Source: Erysipelothrix sp. UBA3383
GTDB lineage: Bacteria > Bacillota_I > Bacilli_A > Erysipelotrichales > Erysipelotrichaceae
DNA length: 36,206 nucleotides
Assembly (NCBI GenBank): GCA_002358955.1
Contig: DEPV01000026.1
Span: forward strand, 1-36,206
Direction of reading: 5' to 3'
Of the stretch, positions 29,224 through 36,206 are shown piece by piece. The notes under the pieces are model-generated. The model was not told the DNA's origin. It did no database searches and worked only from the letters and a program-made list of their open reading frames with translations. Made by a program: the position numbers and the translations under genes. Every line of letters begins with the position of its first letter. Within the stretch, counting starts at the first letter, position 1.

Positions 29224-32200
29224 ATGTATAAACAAAGGATAAAAAGGATCTTGGTAGGGGTTGTCCTTACTGCTTTAGTATTTAGTGGATTTGCAGCAGC
29301 GCCCAAGCATGTTACAGCAGATAGTGCTGTGCGTACTTTAACACTGCACTTTAGTAAAGATGCAAATATTACAGATGAGACAGTTTGGTCATGGGGTGAT
29401 CTACCAGAACAAAATGGCAATTGGCCACAAGGGAAAAGCTTGGATGCTACATCCGATGCAGATTATCCACACAGTGCAACACTGGTTTTAAACGATGATG
29501 CAAAAGTGTTCAATTTTCTAATTGTTAAAGCCGATGAGGAAAAGAAAACTGGTGATGTATCGATTGAACTTTTGACACAGGAAATGACGGATGTCTATCT
29601 GGATAAGGATTTCAATGTGTTTTATACTGCAAATCGAGTGCCTGAAGGTAAGGTTCGCATTCATTATCAAGATGATCAATACAATTACAAACGCGATCAT
29701 GTTTATGTTTATGGACTCTTGTCCATCAATGGTAATAATGAGTGGGGTACATTTTTAGAACTTGATAAAAGTACTTTAGGACCCAATGGTATTTATGGGG
29801 AGTATGATTATAACGATACTGAAGATGTGAAGAACAATAAAACAGGTTTCTTCAATCTTGTTAATGGCAATGATGGTGACCGAAGCTATGAGCATGTGAT
29901 TAAAGAAGTGTCATTAAGTCGAGAACTCTTTGTACGTGAAGGGGATGAGACACTGTATGATAATCCTTACTACGTGACCAAAGAGCGCATGACAGGAGCA
30001 GAACAGGTCAGTACTTCACAAATACAATTATCATTCAATAACATTACACAATTTGATGTTAAAGATGTCAGAAACAATTTAGTGTTCTATAATGGTAATG
30101 ATGTTGTTTCTGTGGATGATTACACAGTGAGTGAGGGTGAAGGGGTATTCCTAATTGAAGGAGACTTTGAAACACTTGATATTACACATCTAGAATTGTA
30201 TGGGGTGACACTAATGCTTATGAAATCTTGGAAATATATGGATTCTACTTACTTTTATGAAGGGGATCTAGGTGCGACATTGCATGATGATGGCAGTGCT
30301 ACTTTAAAACTATGGAGTCCTTCTGCAGATGGGGTACGTGTTAAGTTGTATGATCGTGATGATCAAACGAAGTGGTTGCAAGATATTGCCATGACACAAA
30401 TTGATGGTGTGTGGGAAGTGACACTGAATGCATCCAATACCGGTATTGATAATCTGAGAAATTATGTTTATCACTATGCCATTGAAAGAGAAGGAACAGA
30501 GTTTATCACTTTAGATCCTTATGCGAAAAGTTTATCGCAATGGAATTCTGATAATGCACAAGGGGATAAAATTGCAAAAGCAGCAATTGTAAATCCAAGT
30601 GAGATTGGACCTGAACTTGATTATGCAGATATCGAAGGGTATAAGACACGAGAAGATGCGATTATCTATGAATTGCATGTACGAGACTTTACCTCAGATC
30701 CTAATCTCGAAGGTGAATTAAAAGCCCAGTTTGGTACCTTTGCTTCATTTGTTGAAAAACTGGATTACCTTGAAGATTTAGGAGTAACCCACGTACAGTT
30801 ACTTCCAATTATGAGTTACTACTTTGCAAATGAGTTCAATACAAAAGAGCGTATGCTGGATTATGAAAGTGAGAATACAGATTATAACTGGGGTTATGAT
30901 CCGCAATCCTACTTTGCTCTAACAGGGATGTATTCTGAAGATGCATCCAATCCAGAAAAACGCATTGAAGAGTTTAAAAACTTAGTCAATGAAATTCATG
31001 AACGTGGTATGGGAGTGATCCTTGATGTCGTCTACAACCATACAGCTCGTACTGAAATCTTTGAAGATTTAGAACCTAACTATTACCACTTTATGGATCG
31101 TGATGGAACAGCACGTACAAGTTTTGGTGGAGGACGCCTTGGAACTTCACACTTAATGAGTCGTCGTATTCTTGTGGATTCCATTTTATACATGGTAGAA
31201 GAGTATAAAGTCGATGGTTTTAGATTTGATATGATGGGTGATCATGATGCTGAAACGATTCAAATTGCATTTGATGAAGCTCAGAAACTCAATCCAAACA
31301 TCCTTATGATTGGTGAAGGGTGGGTTACTTATGCAGGGGATGAAGGTGAGTCTTTACAAGCTGCAGACCAGCAATGGATGCAATATACTCAAGCGGTGGG
31401 AAGCTTTTCTGATGAAATTCGTAATGAATTAAAATCAGGATTTGGAAGTGAGGGACAGCCTCGATTCCTTACCAATGGAGCACGCAGTACACAAGTCATC
31501 TATAATAATATGATTGCACGTCCGGGTAACTTCTTAGCTGATGATCCAGGAGATGTGGTTCAGTACATTGAGGCTCATGATAACTTAACCTTGTATGATG
31601 TCATTGCACAGTCCATCAAGAAAGATCCAAAATATCATGATAAAGAGATCTTAGAACGTGTTCGTTTAGGAAATACTATGGTCCTAACATCACAAGGAAC
31701 TGCATTCTTACATGGTGGACAAGAGTATGGTCGTACCAAGCAATTCTTAGCAGATACAACAGATGCACCTTATAAATCTACTTATATGGTGAATGCAGAT
31801 GGAACACCATTTGATAATCCATACTTCATTCATGACTCCTACGATTCAAGTGATATCATCAACCGCTTTGATTGGGACAAAGCTACCAATGAAGAGGCTT
31901 ACCCACTAAATGTTTTAACAAGAAATCACATGAAGGGATTAATCTCAATTCGTCGATCAACAGATGCATTTACCTATCCTACTACAGCCCTGATTGATCA
32001 GTATGTATCTCAAGTCTTAAGTGATGATATTAAGAATGAAGACTTGGTATTAGCGATGAAAAATATCTCTGCTGAAACAACAAATGTTTATTACACATTT
32101 GTAAATGCTGATGATGTTGAACGTACGATTAACTTTAAGGATGAGTCATTAGATCTTGATAAACTTACTGTTATTAGTAATGGTGAACAAGTGGATTTAG

Positions 32201-32628
32201 CGGGTCTTATCAATCATGGTGTTGTATTTGATGAAACATCAATCACACTAGATCCTCTAAGTTCAGTCATCATTAAGATTACAAACAAGGAAGAGGTAGT
32301 TGAGCCAGGTGAAGAAGAGACTCCAGAAACACCAGAGACTCCAGGTACACCTAATGATAAAGATGATTCAAACAATAATGATTCAGATAATACAGTAGAT
32401 TCTGATGATAATGTTAAGGGGCCTGAAGATAATAATGATTCAAAACCTGCGACACCAGAAAAACCAGAAACTCCTGAATCTTCAGTAACTCCAGATAATA
32501 AACTCGATACTGATAGTGACACACTACCATCAACAGGTGTTAATACAAGCGCTGTATTTGCATTTTCTGGGTTATTCTTATTGGCTGGTTTTGTAATGAT
32601 AAAACGTAATAGAATCTTTAGTAAATAA
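29224..32628 (+). CDS. pulA: Cell-wall-anchored type I pullulanase (GH13, SpuA-like; signal peptide, tandem CBM41-like modules, LPxTG)
   Basis: ATG 29224 after GAGGAG; signal peptide; 'YNWGYDP', 'DVVYNH', 'GFRFDMMG', 'GEGW', 'EAHDN'; P/E/T/D/N-rich stalk; LPSTG + TM + KR tail. Confidence 0.95.
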   Translation: MYKQRIKRILVGVVLTALVFSGFAAAPKHVTADSAVRTLTLHFSKDANITDETVWSWGDLPEQNGNWPQGKSLDATSDADYPHSATLVLNDDAKVFNFLIVKADEEKKTGDVSIELLTQEMTDVYLDKDFNVFYTANRVPEGKVRIHYQDDQYNYKRDHVYVYGLLSINGNNEWGTFLELDKSTLGPNGIYGEYDYNDTEDVKNNKTGFFNLVNGNDGDRSYEHVIKEVSLSRELFVREGDETLYDNPYYVTKERMTGAEQVSTSQIQLSFNNITQFDVKDVRNNLVFYNGNDVVSVDDYTVSEGEGVFLIEGDFETLDITHLELYGVTLMLMKSWKYMDSTYFYEGDLGATLHDDGSATLKLWSPSADGVRVKLYDRDDQTKWLQDIAMTQIDGVWEVTLNASNTGIDNLRNYVYHYAIEREGTEFITLDPYAKSLSQWNSDNAQGDKIAKAAIVNPSEIGPELDYADIEGYKTREDAIIYELHVRDFTSDPNLEGELKAQFGTFASFVEKLDYLEDLGVTHVQLLPIMSYYFANEFNTKERMLDYESENTDYNWGYDPQSYFALTGMYSEDASNPEKRIEEFKNLVNEIHERGMGVILDVVYNHTARTEIFEDLEPNYYHFMDRDGTARTSFGGGRLGTSHLMSRRILVDSILYMVEEYKVDGFRFDMMGDHDAETIQIAFDEAQKLNPNILMIGEGWVTYAGDEGESLQAADQQWMQYTQAVGSFSDEIRNELKSGFGSEGQPRFLTNGARSTQVIYNNMIARPGNFLADDPGDVVQYIEAHDNLTLYDVIAQSIKKDPKYHDKEILERVRLGNTMVLTSQGTAFLHGGQEYGRTKQFLADTTDAPYKSTYMVNADGTPFDNPYFIHDSYDSSDIINRFDWDKATNEEAYPLNVLTRNHMKGLISIRRSTDAFTYPTTALIDQYVSQVLSDDIKNEDLVLAMKNISAETTNVYYTFVNADDVERTINFKDESLDLDKLTVISNGEQVDLAGLINHGVVFDETSITLDPLSSVIIKITNKEEVVEPGEEETPETPETPGTPNDKDDSNNNDSDNTVDSDDNVKGPEDNNDSKPATPEKPETPESSVTPDNKLDTDSDTLPSTGVNTSAVFAFSGLFLLAGFVMIKRNRIFSK

Positions 32629-32639
32629 TAAATTATTTG

Positions 32640-32673
32640 AAACAACATGGCACAATCACCGTGTTGTTTTTTT
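32640..32673 (+). terminator. Rho-independent terminator
   Basis: Stem AAACAACATGG/CCGTGTTGTTT followed by a T-run. Confidence 0.75.
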
Positions 32674-32877
32674 ATATAAACGAGTTAATTAAAAAACATG
32701 TTTGTGTAGATTGGTACAAGAAATTTGGGTTCAATGTCTATCTATAAATTTATCTATTGAACAATGACAAAAACACAGTCTTCAACTAAATCCGTATGTT
32801 AAATCTAAGGAGACAGAAACAGACTCAAAGTTCGTAATGGTGTATACTATTATTAATAGATAGTAAGGAGAAGAGAC

Positions 32878-34227
32878 ATGATATTTAAAGAGACGCGATT
32901 GAAGGAGTTAAAAGAAAGTTATACTAAAACGTATCTTAAAACTGTAAGTGCATTTTCAAATTATACTAACGGTGAAATCTTTTTTGGTGTGAAGAATGAT
33001 GGTAGTGTTATTGGTGTTGAAAATATTGAGAACTTAAAATTACAAATTGAGAACGCAATTGCAGATAATATCAAACCTCAACCTTCCTATTATATAGAAG
33101 AACTTGAAGTTAATAGTCTTAATTTAATCAGGTTAGTTATATTGAAAGGTGATAATGGACCTTATTTTTATAATCATAAAGCGTATAGAAGATTCGATAC
33201 ATCTACTGTAGCTGTAGATAATGAAGAATTACGCCGATTGATAATGGATAGTGAAGGAAGGACTTTCGAAAGTTTGTTAGGTGATCAAGAACTGAATAAA
33301 GATTGCTTCGACGTTCTTAAAAATGTGTTTAACGATGTAAGAGGTTCAGATATAAGTATTAGTAATGATTTCTTAACTACATTGAGATTAATTAACGACA
33401 AAAATCAGTATACTCGAGCTGCTGAAATCGTTTCTGACAAACCTAAACACAGTTATTCTAGTTTAGATATTGTACGGTTTGGCGAAACTATGTCTATATT
33501 CTTAGAACGAAAAACTATAGAGTATCAGTCAATATTAACTCAGTATCAAGAAGGGTTGAAAATGTTTGACAAATGGTATGGTGATTATGAGGAAGTTGTA
33601 GGCTTTTATCGAGTTACCCGGACTTCCATACCTAGGGAATCTTTCCGAGAAGCATTAGCAAATGCCCTAGTTCATCAGGACTTTGCAATAAACGCTTCTA
33701 TTAGGATTTCTATGTTTGAAGATCGTATCGAAATTGTTTCTCCTGGTGGTCTACCTTTCGGAATTTCAGAAGATAACTACCTAAACGGTGAAATGTCAGT
33801 ACCAAGAAATTCTATTATCGCTGATTTGTTTTTAAGAATTAAAATAATAGAAAAATTTGGAACTGGTATAAATCGTATTAAGTCTGGTTATTATAATTTC
33901 GGAGAAAAACCTGAGTTTAAGGTTGATAGTAATATGTTAAAAATAGTATTACCTAAACTTACATATGGTAAGCAACTCCATAATAGCGAAATTAAGTTAG
34001 AGGATATCAATTTAGATTCTAGCGATTTAGAAATTATCAATACTATTTATTCTAATAATACTATAACGGTTAGGGAATTATCCAATGTAGTTAATATAAA
34101 CGAATCTGCTGTTAAACGTAAAATTAATGAATTAGAAAAAATGGGGATCTTAGAGAAAGTTGGTTCTCCACGCAAAAGAAGTTATATAGTTCATAATGTG
34201 GTAAAAAGAGCAACGGAACCAAAGTGA
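32878..34227 (+). CDS. AlbA_2 (Schlafen-like) + HATPase_c_4 + C-terminal wHTH protein (second paralog)
   Basis: RBS AAGGAG; 'ETRLKELK', 'KTVSAFSNYTNGEIFFGVKNDG', 'FREALANALVHQDF', 'VSPGGLP', 'PRNSIIA', 'IEKFGTGI'; HTH 'ITVRELSNVVNINESAVKRKINELEKMGILEKVGS'. Confidence 0.88.
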   Translation: MIFKETRLKELKESYTKTYLKTVSAFSNYTNGEIFFGVKNDGSVIGVENIENLKLQIENAIADNIKPQPSYYIEELEVNSLNLIRLVILKGDNGPYFYNHKAYRRFDTSTVAVDNEELRRLIMDSEGRTFESLLGDQELNKDCFDVLKNVFNDVRGSDISISNDFLTTLRLINDKNQYTRAAEIVSDKPKHSYSSLDIVRFGETMSIFLERKTIEYQSILTQYQEGLKMFDKWYGDYEEVVGFYRVTRTSIPRESFREALANALVHQDFAINASIRISMFEDRIEIVSPGGLPFGISEDNYLNGEMSVPRNSIIADLFLRIKIIEKFGTGINRIKSGYYNFGEKPEFKVDSNMLKIVLPKLTYGKQLHNSEIKLEDINLDSSDLEIINTIYSNNTITVRELSNVVNINESAVKRKINELEKMGILEKVGSPRKRSYIVHNVVKRATEPK

Positions 34228-34499
34228 ATCAAATTGATTCAAACCTACCGAAACTGACTAAAAAGTGAACCAAACTGGCTCAAAAGTGAACCAAAGTGAC
34301 CCAATAGTGAACCAAACTGGCTCAAAAGTTAACCAAAGTGACCCAAAAGTGACCCAAACTGGTTCAAAAGTGAACCAAACTGAACCAAAGTGACCCAAAA
34401 GTGAACCAAACTGACCCAAAAGTGAACCAAACTGAACCAAAATGACCCAAAAGTGAACCAAACTGAATCAAACTGAAGCAAAGTGAAGCAAACTGAAAT
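34211..34499 (+). repeat. Tandem array of 28 units of 10/11 bp, consensus AAA(A)[G/C]TGA[A/C]CC, with higher-order 21- and 42-bp periodicity
   Basis: Parsed by hand, e.g. aaaagtgaacc|aaactggctc|aaaagtgaacc|aaagtgaccc|aatagtgaacc|aaactggctc; core 34261-34459 has 19 units in 199 bp. Confidence 0.95.
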
Positions 34500-34756
34500 T
34501 CAGTGTTTCAATGTTGTCTCTAAGTTTCTCGAAATATTTCAAGAACCTCTTTTAAGAATTGCTAGGCCAGAATGAATTAATAGTATATTTTTAAGAATAG
34601 CTATAATATTAGAATTACCTCATTCTATGTGATGTTTCCTAATAATGTTTATGTAATAGTCTTATGATAGGAAACTAATAGTTTGAATGCGTTGGATGGT
34701 CACTAGTCATGGATTACTTTTCAGTCCGTGTTAAAATCATTTCAAGAGGTGGGACT

Positions 34757-35749
34757 ATGAAATTATCAATATTAGATTTTGTAACGATTTATGAGGGTGT
34801 GAGTGATGTTGATAGCATGAATAACATGTTAGAAACAGTTAAAGTAGCGGATGAACTTGGGTATCATCGTTATTGGTTTACGGAACATCATTCCATGAGT
34901 AGTTTATTAAGTACTGCACCTGACTTAATGATTGCAGCTGCAATTGCTGTATCTAAACGTATACGACTAGGGGCAGGGGGTATCATGCTTCCTAATCATG
35001 CTGCATTAAAAGTTGCAGAAAATTTCAGATTGCTCAGTATCATGGCACCTGATCGTATCGATTTAGGAATTGGAAGGGCACCGGGTACAAACCAACAAGC
35101 TGCTTTTGCATTGAGTCGTTTACCTGAAGTTGCAATGCGCAATAACTTCAATCAACAACTGGAAGACTTGTTGGGTTTTCTGAACAGTGATACCAGTGAT
35201 GATATACCCTTTTCAAGCATTCAAATGCCCGGATTTGATATGCATAATCCAGAAGTGATGATGCTGGGTTCCAGTAAGGGTGGAGTTGAGTTTGCTTTAG
35301 AGCATAACTTACCATTTGTCTTTGCAGGACATATTAATCCAGCACTGATGGAAGAGGTACTTCTAGATTACAATCAACGTAAACAGGGCTTGTTAGACAG
35401 TGTAGCAGCCATTGGTGTCGTGTGTGCTAAGGATGATGAAACAGCAGCACTGCTTGCTGAACCTTACATTCACATGTGGGTGAAGCGTATGAGTGGTGAT
35501 CCAAGCTTTAAGCGACACAGTGTTGAGGAAGTTAAAGATTATGTTTATAGTGATTATGAAATGATGGTCCGTGAAGCGGTTCTTGATAAACTCTATATAG
35601 GAAGTGTTGAAACTTTAAAGGTTAAGTTTGAAGCTTTATTAAATAATACCAAAGCAAGTGAAATCATGATGGTAGACTGTTACCCTAATCATGAAGCTAA
35701 AATGAAAGGGTATCGACTACTCGCAGAACTTCTAGAACCAATCCAGTAA
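34757..35749 (+). CDS. Luciferase-like (LLM class) flavin-dependent monooxygenase
   Basis: 'MKLSILD', 'GYHRYWFTEHH', 'RIRLGAGGIMLPNHAALKVAENF', 'RIDLGIGRAPG', 'LGSS'; ATG 34757 after GAGGTG. Confidence 0.92.
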   Translation: MKLSILDFVTIYEGVSDVDSMNNMLETVKVADELGYHRYWFTEHHSMSSLLSTAPDLMIAAAIAVSKRIRLGAGGIMLPNHAALKVAENFRLLSIMAPDRIDLGIGRAPGTNQQAAFALSRLPEVAMRNNFNQQLEDLLGFLNSDTSDDIPFSSIQMPGFDMHNPEVMMLGSSKGGVEFALEHNLPFVFAGHINPALMEEVLLDYNQRKQGLLDSVAAIGVVCAKDDETAALLAEPYIHMWVKRMSGDPSFKRHSVEEVKDYVYSDYEMMVREAVLDKLYIGSVETLKVKFEALLNNTKASEIMMVDCYPNHEAKMKGYRLLAELLEPIQ

Positions 35750-35750
35750 T

Positions 35751-36206
35751 TAAAGTGTACCCTATGTTAAGGACACTAAAAAATCACTGAGTCATCCAAA
35801 TTGGATGGCTCAGTGATTTTGTAATGGCACAAGCTGACAGCTAGAAACTGTCTGTACGAATAGTTGTAAGATATTGATGATACTCATATGGGGTCATTCT
35901 ATTCATTGTCTAATGTGGTCTATGGTAGTTATAATTAGGAAATATAATCATCAATTTCTGTTTCTAAATCATTAAATAAATTACATACTTTCAAATGTAG
36001 TTCATCTTTTGTGTATCCAAAGAATGATTCTTGAGGATCTTTATACCAACAGTTACCTCTTCTAGCATTGATTGTTTAATGACATTCACCTTCAGAAGTT
36101 GTTGAAAACTAAAAATTGTATAGAGCCTTCCTTGATCAAAATGAATGCAATTATCTATAACAATTTCCTGTCCATAATCTTTAATAATAATTTCTCTTTA
36201 TATAAT
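35751..36206 (-). mobile_element. Decayed IS3-family element (OrfB C-terminal remnant and probable right end), truncated by the window edge
   Basis: Minus-strand translation IHFDQGRLYT..FQQLL..IKQSM/RRGNCWYKDPQESFFGYTKDEL...IDDYIS*/YNYHRPH*TMNRMTPYEY matches IS3 HSDQG..SMSRRGNC.DNA..ESFF..K.E..YN..R..MTP.EY; two frameshifts and stops; IR-like TAAAGTGTACCCTATGTTAAGGACA at about 35751-35775. Confidence 0.88.
35780..35820. terminator. Long hairpin, probable bidirectional terminator inside the IS end
   Basis: AAAATCACTGAGTCATCCAA-A-TTGGATGGCTCAGTGATTTT: 20-bp inverted repeat with one mismatch, flanked by A/T runs. Confidence 0.75.

Noticed and set aside
32290..32520. ETP/DN-rich repeats in the pullulanase
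   Set aside because: Ordinary cell-wall-spanning linker of an LPxTG protein.
120..34227. The two AlbA paralogs as ends of one composite mobile element
   Set aside because: They are highly diverged, there is no integrase or att repeat, and the intervening DNA contains core genes (suf, tyrS, prsA).
34225..34257. TGA read-through or selenocysteine extension of the AlbA gene
   Set aside because: Another in-frame TGA follows after 9 codons and no SECIS-like hairpin is seen.
34258..34461. 67 aa minus-strand ORF (FGSL/WFTFEPV repeats)
   Set aside because: Shadow of the repeat array; no RBS; the peptide pattern switches wherever unit phase changes.
34211..34499. Repeat array as a CRISPR array
   Set aside because: Units are 10-11 bp, contiguous and without unique spacers; no cas genes in the window.
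34550..34675. TTTTAAGAATwGCTA direct repeat (34550, 34589) and GTTTCCTA/TAGGAAAC inverted repeat
   Set aside because: Short and AT-rich; cannot be distinguished from chance without comparative data.

Overview
AT-rich Firmicutes chromosomal window; gene content and style suggest Erysipelotrichaceae/Erysipelothrix (inference). Left to right it holds: an AlbA_2(Schlafen-like)/HATPase_c_4/wHTH gene; an orphan GT4 glycosyltransferase; a YtrA-regulated ABC operon with a recognisable YtrA operator; two tandem PrsA-like foldases on the minus strand; sufCDSUB followed by 5-formyl-THF cyclo-ligase and an MFS transporter; a highly diverged CitX-CitG fusion coupled to tyrS and a lipoprotein; an unannotated mepB pseudogene; DUF488 plus 3-methyladenine glycosylase; a PDH-type 2-oxoacid dehydrogenase operon extended by an EIIC-like permease, ptb, buk and LysR (LysR box and cre site upstream); an LPxTG-anchored SpuA-like pullulanase with two cre/LacI-type operators; a second AlbA_2/HATPase/wHTH gene whose stop codon lies inside a ~290 bp array of 10/11-bp helically phased repeats; a luciferase-like monooxygenase; and a decayed IS3-family element running off the right edge. 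The most unusual items are the Schlafen-gene-linked phased repeat array, the CitXG-fold probable pseudoenzyme, and the PDH-type/ptb-buk operon. All family calls come from motif recognition by eye; no searches were run.
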